A stretch of DNA of 64,000 nt from Eledone cirrhosa (lineage: Eukaryota). Each line of letters opens with the position of its first letter. The first letter of the stretch is position 1. The notes under the pieces were generated by a model. That model was not told the DNA's origin. It made no database searches and saw only the letters and a program-made list of their open reading frames with translations. The position numbers were made by a program, and so were the translations under genes. This document shows positions 1 to 14,754 of the stretch, in pieces. The stretch spans positions 17,670,001 through 17,734,000 of the forward strand of contig OZ024751.1 in the NCBI GenBank assembly GCA_964016885.1, given 5' to 3'.

Positions 1-189
1 TTTGCAAGGCTGAGGAGGTTGTGAGTTCGATTCCTGAACCAGGCCATGCGTTATGTCGTTGAGCAAGAAACATTATTTCACGTTGTTCCTTCTACCTGGA
101 GTTGCGACCGATAGATAGTATTAGCAATTGGAAAGACCAACGGAAACATTGTTTTCTCGGTCTGATTTGACGGAAGTCGATTGTTCCTT
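1..189 (+). mobile_element. tRNA-derived SINE (family B, CORE-like), 5' end cut by window edge
   Basis: B-box GAGTTCGATTCC, then a CORE-like segment (tgtcgttgagcaagaaacattatttcac); close copy at 57187-57404. Confidence 0.75.
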
Positions 190-210
190 TATGTATATAT
201 ATATATATGT

Positions 211-825
211 GTTATAATAAATGTTCGTTATAATAAATGTTCGGGGAATCCATACGTACATATATATATGTGTGCATGTATGTATATATATATACATACT
301 ACTGTATGTATGTATACATATATGTATGTACGTTTACATACTTATATTTAAGTAACAGCCGTACTAAGAGTGGGAAATGAAATTTCGTTTCATTTTTTCC
401 GTTTATCGTTTTCGGTGCACCCGGTCGATTAACCAACTGGATATGCAAATTGGGCAACTCAGCCGTTAATATGCATAAGGTAAGTATATACGTTTAACAA
501 TCTGGCAGGAAGGTATACGTTGCTGACGATAGCTAATGAACTTGAAACTAGTACAGCGTTCCTCTGTCAGTGTTGAACAAACGAGCAACGATGGTTGCTA
601 GACACTACGGCTTAATACGGGATGTTTGTTTACAAACACACCGAGCGTTATAATAAATGTTCGGTGAATCCATACGTACATATATATATGTGTGCATGTA
701 TGTATATATATATACATACTACTGTATGTCTGTATACATATATGTATGTACGTGTACATACTTATATTTAAGAAACAGCCGTACTAAGAGTGGGAAATGA
801 AATTCGTTTCATTTTTTCCGTTTAT
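211..825 (+). mobile_element. Non-coding hammerhead-bearing element, partial tandem (about 1.4 units, 420-bp period), in (TA)n
   Basis: 226-405 is repeated at 646-824; one hammerhead at 517-559; related in reverse orientation to 40460-41502. Confidence 0.7.
517..559 (+). ncRNA. Minimal type-I hammerhead ribozyme (weak stem II)
   Basis: ACGTTG-CTGACGA-tagctaatgaactt-GAAA-CTAGTA|CAGCGT; stem I ACGUUG/CAGCGU; palindromic ACTAGT stem III. Confidence 0.65.
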
Positions 826-828
826 ATA

Positions 829-895
<67 letters not shown>

Positions 896-944
896 AATAA
901 GTTGTGAATATAAAATACATACATAATATACTCACACACACACG

Positions 945-989
<45 letters not shown>

Positions 990-1275
990 CATCAGATTTG
1001 AACTCGAGATACTTATGCTTATAGTCCAATACGTAATCACGTTGGCCATCTGGCAACTGGCAATGTGACGTAATTAGACTCTAATAGTTCTTATGAACAT
1101 AATCAGCTTTTAGTATTGTTCAGATGTTCAGGGGCTTCTCTCGTTTTTTATGTTGTTATGGAAGATCTATGATACCTCAAGTTAGCTAGAGCATATTGAA
1201 ATATATACAGATATTCATAGATAATTTACACAGACGCTAATATACATACATACACACATACACACACAAATAGAT

Positions 1276-1338
<63 letters not shown>

Positions 1339-1375
1339 CGTATATGCCTATGTTCATATAAAATATATACATTTG

Positions 1376-1417
<42 letters not shown>

Positions 1418-1451
1418 GCTATATGTAAATAATATAAATGTATATACATAC

Positions 1452-1610
<159 letters not shown>

Positions 1611-1631
1611 CACATATATATATATACATAC

Positions 1632-1662
<31 letters not shown>

Positions 1663-1691
1663 CATACATATATATATACATATATATATAC

Positions 1692-1825
<134 letters not shown>

Positions 1826-2360
1826 CCATACATACATATACATTTCATATACACATGTGTACATCCTTTGTATTTACACTTAGTCGTCTCTTTATCTTAA
1901 GTAGTATATGTTGTTGATATTTATACAACACTACTCCAACTAGTTTTCTGAACGATTAGCTTTGATCTCGTGAATCTCATATCTACAACTTGTAAGTCTT
2001 TCGGCTGCAGGTCAACTGAACAGAGCATCGACCAGCGTCTTCAATGGGATTATAATGAGTACATACACACAAACACATACACACACACAAACACATACAC
2101 ATACACATGCAGACACATACACACAAACACATACACATACACACACATACACATACACATGCAGACACATACACACAAACATACACACGTGCGCACGCAC
2201 ACACACACATATATATACACCAACACATGCACTTATGTATGTATGTATATATATAAATATATCTATATGATATAATTATATGTGTATATATATATATACA
2301 TATTGTATATATAATATATATATACATATTATATATACTTATATATATATATATATATAA

Positions 2361-2401
<41 letters not shown>

Positions 2402-2425
2402 TGTGTGTGTGTGTGTGAGTGTGTA

Positions 2426-2467
<42 letters not shown>

Positions 2468-2933
2468 TACATACATATATTCGTTTGAAGTGTATATTAT
2501 ATGAATAAATGCATGTTTTATATTATACAGTTTTGTTCTATGTATATATATGTATGTATTTATATATATATATATATGTATGTATGTATATATATATATG
2601 TGTGTGTATATATATGTGTGTGTGTGTATGTGTGTGTGTATACACCTGGATAATCAGATTAAGACGTTAATGAATGCATATATACGCCAATACATAATAT
2701 ATAATCTATAATGAATAATAAACCAAATTGTACGAGGGTAACGTTATTTGGGTCGCTGTTAAAGACGTTACCTTCGCAACCAAGTGAGTCACGTTTCCGA
2801 ACCAGCGCACATCACCTTTTTATATCACTTGTAATTCATTTGTTTATGTAGGACAGAGGTTCTCAATGTGGGCGCTACCGCCCCTCAGGGTGCGTAAAAA
2901 AGGTCCAGGAGGTGCTGGTACTTAAGGGGTTGG

Positions 2934-3207
2934 TCTAAAGTCTAAAGTCTAAAGTCTATCTTAAGCCAGATGGCTCATTTGGCCGGTGCATATCCCGGTT
3001 TCCTGGCGTGAAACGACTGAGAATACACGCCAGTCCATCGGAGGGTTAAACCCCCAGCTCTTGCTGGTACTCATTTTCAGCTGAGTATACTGGAGCAACG
3101 TGAAATGAGGTGTTTTTCTCAAGAACACAACACGCATCCCAGGAATCGAACCCACGACATTATGATCGTAAGTCCAACACCCTTAACACTAGGTCATGTG
3201 CTTCCAC
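2934..3207 (-). mobile_element. tRNA-derived SINE with (TTTAGAC)n tail, nested in the hAT MITE
   Basis: Minus strand has a tRNA-like head (GGGTTCGATTCC B-box), a central aaaatgagtaccagc domain and a 7-bp repeat tail at 2934-2958. Confidence 0.75.
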
Positions 3208-3299
3208 TAGAGATGATATAATAGTATATTAAATATCAAATGATACATACATATAAATATAGTAAAATAAAAAATATATAATATTTATTTATACATTTA

Positions 3300-3642
3300 G
3301 GGCAGTGAAATGGCAGTATCGGTCGACGCTTGGACGCCATGCCTTCTAGCATAGTTACGTCCCTTTACTGTCTGAGTACAAATCCCGTCGGGGTTAACTT
3401 TGCCTTTCATCCTCACGGGGTCGATAAAATAAAGTACCAGTAATATACTGGGTAATTGCTGGCCTTGTGCCAAAAGTAGAAGCAATTATATTTATTTATA
3501 CATCGTATATATTATATTATTTATATCTGAGTACAAATCCCGTCGAGGTTAACTTTGCCTTTCATCCTTACGCGGTCAATAAAATAAAGTACCAGAAACA
3601 CACTGGGTAATTGCTGGCCTTGTGCCAAAAGTAGAAACAATT
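3300..3642 (+). mobile_element. SINE family A: full copy (3300-3488) plus partial copy (3526-3642)
   Basis: A-box-like TGGCAGTATCGG, B-box-like GAGTACAAATCCC, core gttaactttgcctttcatcct..gtcgataaaataaagtaccag (resembles the MetaSINE domain, from memory). Confidence 0.85.
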
Positions 3643-4118
3643 ATTTATTATATATAAATTAACGATTTTATTTATAATATATAATTTACAATTCGCATGT
3701 AGGTAGTTCTCTCTGGAAATAGGGTTTTGGGCGGTGAGGGTTTTACGTGGCCGTTAGAGGGGTGCGGCCCAAAAGATTTGAGACCCTCTGATGTAGGAAG
3801 TCGTCTAATTTGAGGGACATTTGGCGGATACGTTTAGCAGATTGTGCACCTATTTCAAGTAATGTGTTACTACACTCTCTGTTTTATTCTATTCACATAT
3901 GAGTCTTTGTAAAGGGATATTAAATAATCCAAGTAGTTGATCGATATTTTATTTTTATCGATCGTGATAAGATGAATTGCAACTACAACGATTGAAATCA
4001 ATAAACATCATATTTAATAAACCTCACGGATTAATAGCTCTTTAATGACCAAAGGACAGGTCTTGATTGTTTCAGTCTGAAACTATACCTATCCAGGCAG
4101 CAATATTTCTAGTAGGTC

Positions 4119-4336
4119 AGGTGGTGGATTGGCACAATCGGTAGAGCATTGGAAAACATGTTTAGTGACATAGAGTTACTACCCTTTACGTTTTGAGTTA
4201 AAATCTCGTCCAGGTTAGCTTTGCCTTTCATCCAAACGGGGTCGATAAATAAAGCACTAGCAATGCACTAGGGTCGATTTAATCAACTTTCCCCTACCCT
4301 ACAAATTGCTGGCCTTATACCTAAATCAGAAAACGA
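4119..4336 (+). mobile_element. SINE family A
   Basis: Same head, core and 3' ttgctggcctt segment as other copies. Confidence 0.8.
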
Positions 4337-5339
4337 TATTTATAGCAGGTTCCAAATTCAACCACGTGGTCAAGCTTAACTAATGAAAATCGACCTAGCT
4401 ATTGCGTTTGCAGATATTGATTCAACCAAACACCGAATATATTCTGATCAAGCGTATGTATACTTTTCGTGTGTGAACCACCCTGTAGAAATGCAGTGAA
4501 TCTGCAAAGGATTCCTAATAAATTTAAACTCTACAACAAAGTAAATCGCAGGAATATTAGATCGCACACCACGAACAAATCCAAGAGCTTTTACAAATAA
4601 AATTGGTCATCTAGGACAGAAGTATCCGCCCATAGATAGAGCATTAACTGAGGCAGCCTTCTCATCAAACCCAATCATTTATATATCTTCTTCTGCTTTC
4701 TTCTTTATGTGGGTCCTTTATCTATATACATTTCCAGAGACTACATCCAACTATTCCCCTAATAACTATTAAATTACCTCCCTATATTTTAGTTTTAACA
4801 ATCACTATATCTAAACCAACAGAACATATATATGTATATCTTCCTATACCCCTAATTTTCTGGAAGTATTTACATTTGAAAGGAAAAAAAACCCATTATA
4901 AAATTGGGTCTATATAGACTGAGGATCTGAGGCCGATCAGTGAAATTGACAGCGAGAGAAACAATTGTAACTAAATAACAACATTGAGTAATAGATATCG
5001 ATCTATCTATGTCAATGTGTATGCATTTATCTCCCCCCTCCTCTCTCTCTCTCTCTCTATCTATCTATATTTCTCTCTATCTTTATACACACGCAGATTG
5101 CTGATATTGTAACCTTCGTGAATCCACTGAACCACCCAACATATATATATATATTTAATACAATAACAGAGATAGTTTAAAGCTAAACTCTGACTGGTAA
5201 CCATCTCACTCAACAAACATTAGGTTATATTTAAATATAAACCCAATTTAAGTGTTTGGGGTGCTAACAATATGTATAATGTGGAAAAACCAGTTGTATT
5301 ATTTTATGAGATATAATTAAAGTTAAAGTATATCTCTCT

Positions 5340-5464
5340 TTCCAAACAATTGTTTCATTATAAGTTTTCTACAAGTTGGGAGAATATTTCCAGTTTATGT
5401 AGAAGCCTAATATATATTCATGTAAGAATATATTTAGGTGGGCGCTTATAAATCATCAGTGGAA
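5340..5464 (-). ncRNA. Type-I hammerhead ribozyme with a large branched stem II
   Basis: Minus: TTCCA-CTGATGA-tTTATAAG...CTTATAAt-GAAA-CAATTGTT|TGGAA; about 95 nt between the core boxes, containing two sub-hairpins. Confidence 0.7.
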
Positions 5465-5673
5465 GCCCATTAAACTTTGATATAAGAAAAGAATTCTTAC
5501 CGCAGTCAAAAATCGTGTCTGTTAAGTTGCTCCTTCTCGCATCGAATGAACGCCAAATTTGAAATTCCAGCAGTTTTTGACTGAGGAAGTATCATAGCGA
5601 CACGAAGCGGAAAGGGGAGACAACTACGATCCACGAAAGGAGGAAAAAAAAAAATAATATACACGCGATATAT

Positions 5674-5674
<1 letters not shown>

Positions 5675-5719
<45 letters not shown>

Positions 5720-6548
5720 GGTCGAGCTTGCTCGGCTTTCTATGACACGTTTCCTCCATCCATCTCTGTCTCTCATAGCATTTGCCAGTTCTTCCTCAGT
5801 GCATCCAGTATCGTCCTCAAGTTGCTTGACGTATGTCTTCTTGGGACGACCAGCGTTTCTTGCTCCATGAGATGGACTCCATAACAACACATCACCTGCT
5901 ATTTCTTCCTTGCTGCGCCAACAGCGGCCAGCAAATCTGAGTCTCTGTCCACGTATTGACCTGCTGATAGGTGGTATATTGCCATAGAGATCCTTATTTG
6001 TTGGGTGTTCCCTCCAAGACACGTTTAAAGCAGCACGGAGCATACGTATGTATGCCCCGTCTAGCTTTTTCTCCAGTTTCGACGTTAGCGTCCAAATGAA
6101 AGAGCCATAAACAATCACAGATTCCACAGCAGCTCTGAAGAAATTCCTTTTCAGTTTGGCCAGCAGGTTTGATTTCCATATTTTTTCCATTGCATTCAAT
6201 GCTCCCCAGGCTTTTCCCAGTCTGATGTTAACATCATGTTCAGTGGAGGCGATATAGCTACCCAGGTATTTGAAGTCGTCAACTTGCTTGATTATATCGC
6301 CGTATAGACTTCGCATACCAACTGAGGAGTCTTGTTTCAGGCAAATATATTCTGTTTTGCCTGCGTTGACATAGAGTCCGATTTCCTTTGCAACTGATTC
6401 GATGCTGTGAAGTAGTGATGTTGCATCCTTAAGGTAGTCAGCGAGGACTGCTAAATCATCCGCATAGTCAGCATCGGTGATTTTCTGAGCTGCATGGCGT
6501 CTAAACTTTCGCTCTGTGAGAGTGAGACCAAGCTCTAAGTTTTCTAAG
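5675..6548 (-). mobile_element. RTE-clade LINE, 5'-truncated, with (TGA)n tail
   Basis: Open frame 6548-5717: DADYADD RT motif, FKYLGS, RLRFAGRCWR, GRPKKTY, DRDGWR. The stop codon is the first unit of the (TGA)n tail. 5' end abuts (TA)n. Confidence 0.93.
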
Positions 6549-6680
6549 ATATATATATATATATATTCACATACATATATATATACATATATGTATATAC
6601 ATATATATGAATATATATATATATATATATATATATTCATACATATATATATATATACATATATATATGTATAATATATA

Positions 6681-6795
6681 TAGGAACGAGTAGGACCCCG
6701 ACGGCTGAGCTCAAGCCGTTTCGACGGCTAATTCTGGACTAAAAATGTACTTTGGTGCGTTATGGTCCATCTGGTTCCTTACCACATTTCCTTCG

Positions 6796-6797
<2 letters not shown>
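6681..6797 (+). mobile_element. Family G element (single arm plus tail) in (TA)n
   Basis: Matches the 36258-36452 left arm and tail (tttggtgcgttatggtcca..ccttcgtta). Confidence 0.8.
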
Positions 6798-6850
<53 letters not shown>

Positions 6851-7751
6851 CACACACACAGATATATATATATATATATTCATGTGTGTGCATGCGTGGC
6901 TGCGTGTGTTCTCGCGTGTGTGTGTGTGTGTGTGTGTTTGGACGTGTGGGTGTATACGTTCTCATTTATTATCATCGAATCGAAAATTAAGTGTTAACGA
7001 TTGCATGTGGTTCAAATATTTAAATCTATATGAAAAAAAAAAAAATAATACAATAAAACAAAATACAAAAAAAAAAAAGGAGAGAGTCCAAAATTATTCC
7101 GTCACATCAATCCTTCTTTCGCCCTTTATCAACTTTCTTCTTTAATTCTCCCTCCCACAACCCAGCATCATTTCTCCTCTCCTATTCCATCGTCTTCTTC
7201 TTATCCCCTCCTTCAATCTTTTCCCTTTGTTATATTAAGCCAAGCCTGCGGTGAAGTATTTTAAAACCTTTATATCAAATGCTCTTTTTGTCATTAAGCC
7301 TTAGTTTTAAAAAAAATCCATGAATTCTAAAATAAATATAGAAAATTAAGAACCAAAAAAATAAAATATCACAACAAAATATCGCCTTCATATTATTTTT
7401 TCCATCCATTCATCCATCAGACGCCATTTTAAAATCTTTCTTTCCACCTTCAAGACCTACCACACACATTCTTCTCTTCATAATGAGACAAACAAGCGAC
7501 AAACACAGAATTAAACCGAATGAAACCAAACTAAAATCTTCAGTAGTTAGTATGTATCTTTTTTTTTTTTTTACTCGCTATTAAGTTCAAGTTGGTCCTT
7601 AGGTAGAAAACTATTGTTATCCGAGTTATCCGACTCAAAGACAATTTGTCAACAACAGTGGCATATTGAACCCGGAAGCTGTGACGTATAGCTACTGGCG
7701 GGAACTTTTGTAAAAATAACTATAACATATATATATATATTGTTATAAACG

Positions 7752-7806
<55 letters not shown>

Positions 7807-7819
7807 CACACATATATAT

Positions 7820-7859
<40 letters not shown>

Positions 7860-7884
7860 ATATATATATATATACATATATACA

Positions 7885-7926
<42 letters not shown>

Positions 7927-7946
7927 TATATATATAAATATACACA

Positions 7947-8004
<58 letters not shown>

Positions 8005-8017
8005 CACACACACACAC

Positions 8018-8048
<31 letters not shown>

Positions 8049-8311
8049 GTAAAATCCTTCATACTATATAGACCGAAACATGTGACTGGCTACCTCCTGG
8101 TGAGATTAGGTGAGAAGACGTTTGGGGGGGGAGGTGCGAGGGGGGGGGGATAGACGGATGGAGTGAGTTATATAATCTCACAGCCACTAGCCATTGGTTT
8201 AAAACGGAAAGATTAGTTATGTATGTATGTACATATATATATATATATATGTGTGTGTGCGTGTGTGAGTGTGTATAAATCAATCAAATTATCTTTTCCT
8301 CTTCCTCTATT

Positions 8312-8360
<49 letters not shown>

Positions 8361-8408
8361 ATATATATATATATAGTTAAAAGAATAGAGGTGTAACACA
8401 CAAGTTAT

Positions 8409-8441
<33 letters not shown>

Positions 8442-8499
8442 ATATATATATATACATATATACACGCACACCCGCATATATATATATATTTACATACAT

Positions 8500-8538
<39 letters not shown>

Positions 8539-8589
8539 AATATACATACATATACATATATACACTTATATACATATATCCACACACAC

Positions 8590-8622
<33 letters not shown>

Positions 8623-8807
8623 TATATGTGTATGTATGTCAGTATGTCTGTTCTCCCCTCTGACGACCTGTCTATATCTCCATCTGTCCAGCCCACTGTT
8701 AGTGATGCGTGTGTACTGTTATATTCTATAAACACTTCACATATGCTGACTCCGCCATTGGGAAAGATTAACCTTATAAGTTTACTTCTAGTGAACGTTT
8801 TGTTCAT

Positions 8808-8913
<106 letters not shown>

Positions 8914-9066
8914 AAACACACTCACACATTCGGCAACAAATATATATATAAGTATGTATGTGTATATATGTGTGTGTGTGTAGTAAACGTATTGAGAAGG
9001 ATTGAGTGTTAGATAAGTAGATACCTTTATCGATATATATGTGTAGTATATACACATGTATGTATG

Positions 9067-9097
<31 letters not shown>

Positions 9098-9128
9098 TGT
9101 GTATATATATACACATATACATATATAT

Positions 9129-9216
<88 letters not shown>

Positions 9217-9219
<3 letters not shown>

Positions 9220-9775
9220 ATTATCGCCAGCATGCCCGAAATTAACACAAGTCGTTAAATCTGGAATTGTCCGCTCAACACACGGTGATTGACAGAAATA
9301 ATCAGTTTTCTGCTAGAGGCAACTAAAAATTCGATTTTCAACGAATTTTGTACAGGCGGCATAGACAACGTGTTAAATTCAGAATAAATACAAAAACCCA
9401 AGGAAATATTATTTACGTAGACCGACATCGGTTTCTGTTACGACCGCATAATTGCATGAAGCACGTTTACAGGAATTGTTTGTACATGTAAAACAGAAGT
9501 AGTTTCATCAGCAGATTTTATCTAATAGTAATTATATAGAATTTGGGGAACCTCTAGAGTTACTGTTTCCGCTACAGGTATATAGCCCCAACTGTAGTAA
9601 ACTGCCAGCAAACTATACAAAATTCATTCCTTGATTGGGAGATATTTAAGTAGATTTCTATATCGTTCTAATGTGTGTGGAGCCTTTCTCGGAAGAGAAG
9701 TGTAAAATCCATCTAAACGGTTCTGTGGGGTCCAAGTCTCAGAACGATAGAGAAGGACAGACACTACTATTGTTC
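9217..9775. mobile_element. Possible degenerate Helitron/Helentron-type non-autonomous element
   Basis: Contains aaaattcattccttgattgg and aaatccatctaaacggttctg..ggacagacac motifs like those in 25959-26959; termini not resolved. Confidence 0.3.
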
Positions 9776-9786
9776 TAAACACGCTT

Positions 9787-10010
9787 AATCAGATATACGG
9801 GAAAAACTCATAAGTAAGAGCACGACTGATTGAAGGTCGAAGAATGTTTGCTGGTCACTGCTTCTGCGCAAAAGATAAGATTGTTTCAGATCTCTTGGTG
9901 TGGGAGGTCTCCAGAAAGCTCAGATGCCAGGATACCATAGCAAGAGACTCTGGAATTGATAAGGATTACCTACAAACCTTAATGTTGACGTGAAGATTTG
10001 CTTGCTGTCT
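9787..10010 (+). pseudogene. Degenerate RTE LINE 3' ORF fragment
   Basis: From 9814 translates VRARLIEGRRMFAGHCFCAKDKIVSDLLVW..DTIARDSGIDKDYLQTLM, homologous to the C-terminus of 5717-6548. Confidence 0.75.
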
Positions 10011-10347
10011 CGCCTGAGGGCGATGGATTAGAATAAACATGCGAGTTCGTTTAAAATGTTAGATTTAATATTAAAAAATATTGACAATGTTACCCCTAAA
10101 ATGTTCGGATGGTCACGACTGGAATGTCTTTGATCATAAGCCTGTCCCATAAGCACCACCATCACGACCATCACCAAAAACGATCAACATCACGCGGAAC
10201 CGTCAACATCGTCCTCAAATTCGTTGTTGATTTTTTTAATCTCTAATTCTACCTTTATTTAGAATTATGATGAAAGACTTCTCTACCATGAAATACCGAT
10301 AAAGATTGCAAGATATATATAGCACTACATTATTATGTCTTCATAAC

Positions 10348-10594
10348 TGGTAGTATCGGTAGAAGGTCGGACGCCATGCTTTGCATCAAAGAGTTACAGC
10401 CCTTTATGGTCTGAGTTCAAATCCCACCGAGGTTAACTTTGCTTTTCATCCATACAGGGTCGATAAAATAAAGTACCAGTCACGCACTGGGGTCGGGGGT
10501 CGATTTAATCGACTTTCCCCTCAGGGTCGATAAAATAAAGTACCAGTAATGCACTGGGTATTTGCTGGCCTTGTACCAAATTTATAAACAATTA
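10348..10594 (+). mobile_element. SINE family A with internal duplication of the core
   Basis: gggtcgataaaataaagtaccagt occurs twice. Confidence 0.85.
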
Positions 10595-10772
10595 TTATAC
10601 GTCTTCATAACGTTTAAGGCAGTTCAATGAGAGTGGAAGAATATTTGGCTGCTATTTCTAGTAGACAAAACGACCTTATAGACGTTTCCTCGTTAATTCG
10701 ACATCCAATATATAAAGTTACTAGGTTCCTGCATGACTGTTGGCGTATGTCCACAAATGTGTCTGTTACTAT

Positions 10773-10817
<45 letters not shown>

Positions 10818-10936
10818 TGAATGTGTGTGTAGGTGTATATAAAAATGTGTTCATGCATAAGTCATATATGCAGTAGAGCGTCCACAAATATGCATGGTCG
10901 CTGTACGTTTATATGTATGTATATATATATATATAT

Positions 10937-10998
<62 letters not shown>

Positions 10999-11488
10999 CA
11001 CACACACCCATATATATATATATGTACATATATGCTCGCGTGTGTAAGTACGTATATTTTTATGTGTGTGTATGTGTGCGTGCCCACACACACAGACACT
11101 CACAGACATACAGAGACACCTATAAACGAAATCAGGAACATGTTTGGAAACTTATTTTAAACGCCATGATGATCAAAGGAGTTACTGTAGAGAAAATGTG
11201 CTGGAAAAACCATGTATGCATGTATACATATATCTGTATATATACATACATATATATATATATTTATTTATATCTGTATATATATATGTGTGTGTGTGAG
11301 TATTTATGTATGTATATATATATATAGTGGTATATGTGTGCCTGTGAGAGTGAGTGTTTGTGTGCTTGTGTGCGCTGTGGAGGAATTTTTATACCTAACC
11401 ATTTAGATTTTCAAATGAAACATATTTTCTATATATATACATACACGGATGCCAACACGCACAGTCACACACATAGATTAAAGCATTG

Positions 11489-11537
<49 letters not shown>

Positions 11538-11676
11538 AGTATATATATATATGTATATATACATGTATATATACATATTTATATATATGTATATATATAA
11601 ATATACACATATATATATATGTATACATATATATATATATACATTTATATATGTGTATACATATACATATATTTAT

Positions 11677-11714
<38 letters not shown>

Positions 11715-11929
11715 TGTTTTAATCTTTAATTCTTTTAGTGTTTATTTATTCATGTGTTTGTTTGTTTTTCCGCATCTACTACTTATCGATTTTCAGAATC
11801 GATGAACTGACGAACTAAATGTTTTCCTAGGCATTCAGTAACATCCCAAAATATTTCGAGTTCAAATTCACAAAACTCCTCGCATTTTCCTCTATACCAG
11901 ACTAAATGTGACTGAAACAATACCAACAT

Positions 11930-13005
11930 TGATGGAATCGTTAGAAGGGTGTTCAAAATACCTGGTGGTCTTTAATCCATTTCATTACGGCGTAATTACA
12001 CGTCCCGCTGAGATCTACTCTTGTCATATCATGTTTCCACGATCGATAATATAATGTACAATTTTTGGATTGGCCAAATCGACTTTAACTTCTCAGCGAA
12101 ACTCTCACTGCGTTTAACTTTGTTTTTCATCCTTCCAAGGGCGATATAAAATAATATATTAGTCAGGTGTTGGAGTCGATAAATCGACTTCCCCCTCACT
12201 TTCAAAATTATATATTATACTTAAATTATAAACCATTATTTTCATTATTATAGAGTGTGGAAGGGCAGTGAATTGATAGCATCGGCAGGGCGTCGGAGAA
12301 CATGCTTTGCAGCATAGAGTTACGGCCCTTTATGATCTAAGTTCAAATCCCGCCGAGGTTAACTTTGCCTTTCATCCTTACGGGGTCGATAAAATAAAGT
12401 ACCAGTCACGCACTGGGGTCGAGGGTCGATTTAATCGACTTTCCCCCTCCCCAAAATTGTTGGCCTTGTGCCTATATAAGGAATAATTATTATAGGGTGT
12501 GGATTGTCAGCATCAGTAGAGTGTCGGAAAACATGCATCGTGGTATATAGTTACGACCCTTTACGTTCTGATTTCAAATACCACCGAAGTTAGCTTTCCC
12601 TTTAATCTCTACTGGATCGATAAAATAAAGTACCAGAAACGCACTGGGTTCGATTTAATTGAGTTTCCTTCCCTCCAACGTGTTTGGACTCGTGCTTCCA
12701 TCAGAAATCAATAACATGGAAGACAATGATTAAATAGGTGTCATGCTATATAGTTACATATTTTAACGTTCTGAGTTCAAATCCAGGGATGTCAATTTTA
12801 CTATTCATCATTCCATTCGAAGTTTTTTATAATGATTTCTAGTATAGGCACAAGGCCAGCAATTATCCCAGTGTATTACTGGTACTTTATTTTATCGACA
12901 CGTAAGGATGAAAGGCAAAGTTTACCTCGGCGGAATTTGAACTCAGATCATAAATGCTACAAAGCATGGCACCAGACCCTCTACCGATACTGCCAATCCA
13001 TCGCT
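11930..13005. mobile_element. Cluster of SINE family A copies (+: ~11930-12240 degenerate, 12263-12490, 12495-12710; -: 12835-13005)
   Basis: Repeated A/B-box heads and core motif. Confidence 0.8.
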
Positions 13006-13466
13006 TTTGAATAAATAATGAATGAATATTACATAATCTTTGTACTAAATTTCGTAGCTGTTGATTAAACATAAATATTCTTATATATAATGATTGCTTA
13101 TTTTGATAGGTAATTAATACCCGTTATAATTAAGATGATTAAGAAACCAAATCAAGAGCGAGTCTGAGAGTAAAGAACAATAAAGTAAAGTAAAAAAAAA
13201 ACAGGAAGCAAAAGAGGCAAAAATAAGAAGAAAAAGATGAAAGCAAAGATACGTATGAAGTTCTTATATATTTCTGTCTTTGAATATTTTAGCAACCATC
13301 GTGTACTTTAAGATCTGGTTTATGGTTTGCGTATCTTTGACTATATTTTGCACCTTCAATCATGGTTGTAATCAGTCAAGTAATGAGGTCAATGGAAATT
13401 TCAGGTTAGTATACTATAGAGAATTAATGGTGTGGGTATGGCGATGATCTCGGGGAAACTCTAGGG

Positions 13467-13632
13467 CAGTGGTTCCCAAAGTGGGTTCCCAAAGGTTTGT
13501 CTGGGTGTCCCTGAAAAAAGGTAGAAGAGTATATGAATATTACGTCCATATAACGGTATTAGATGTTGGGGTTCCCACAAAAGTTTCTGAACCAAAAAGG
13601 GTTCCGCGTTTGGAAAAGTTTGAGAAACGCTG
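13467..13632. mobile_element. hAT MITE
   Basis: TIRs CAGTGGTTCCCAAA / TTTGAGAAACGCTG; 8-bp TSD CTCTAGGG / CTTTAGGG. Confidence 0.85.
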
Positions 13633-14104
13633 CTTTAGGGGTTTGATGAAAATCATCTGGAGTGATATTCTGTTTCAGAAAACCCAGCGACTAACACATA
13701 TCTTCTTCTGGGGATAGGGTAATTTTGCCAACGACAGCATTCGGCATGTTATAAACGTTCAACTAATTATTTTTAGCTTCAGAAAATATTGTTGCTGTTG
13801 TTTTGCTCGTGGTGGTCGTTGTGATGGCGGTTGTGATGATGTTGATGTGTGTGGTGTCTGTGGTGGCTGCAGTGGCGATGGTAGCGGCAATTGTAGTAGA
13901 CAGAACAAGGAAAGATAAACCGCAGACAGAAGGTGTCCCAAAATACGGAATCAGACTCGGTAAATGGATACAAACTAAAAGTAAAGTGACAAAGAGAATA
14001 ATAATAATAATAATAATAATAACAACAATAACAACAATAATGATGATGATGATAATAATATTGAAAAGAAGAAGAAGAAGAAGAAGAAGAAGAAGAAGAA
14101 GAAG

Positions 14105-14135
<31 letters not shown>

Positions 14136-14324
14136 TGTTCTGTTAATACGACACGACAAACAGTAATTTAAAGAGACGTGGATTAAGGCTATTAACCTTT
14201 TAAGAGATTTTATGAGTCCTCATTGCTTCATTCTCTTTCTTATTTCCTTTAGTTATATGTATCTGTCCCTTGTCTGTCTGTCCAGCTCTCTATCTCCCTC
14301 CCCCTCTCTCTCTCTCTCTCTTTT

Positions 14325-14387
<63 letters not shown>

Positions 14388-14658
14388 GTCTCTGTCTGTC
14401 TGTTCTTTCTTCTATATTATATATCAATTAAGTAAATAAAAAGAATTCTGTTTAAATCTTTATGTATGTATGTGTATATATGTGTTTGTGTGTGTATGTG
14501 TGTGCGTGTTTGTGCGTGTATGTGTGCGTGTATGTGTGTGTATATATATATATATGCATATACATATCTATACATACATCCACACACATATATATACATA
14601 TGTATATATATATATATATATATATTCACCGCACACACATATACAATATATGCATGTG

Positions 14659-14754
<96 letters not shown>

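Larger units (their letters stand above)
2854..3790. mobile_element. hAT (Charlie-like) MITE with nested SINEs
   Basis: TIRs CAGAGGTTCTCAA / TTGAGACCCTCTG; perfect 8-bp TSD ATGTAGGA at 2846-2853 and 3791-3798. Confidence 0.85.

Noticed and set aside
3300-3400. tRNA genes
   Set aside because: A/B boxes belong to SINE heads; no cloverleaf could be formed.
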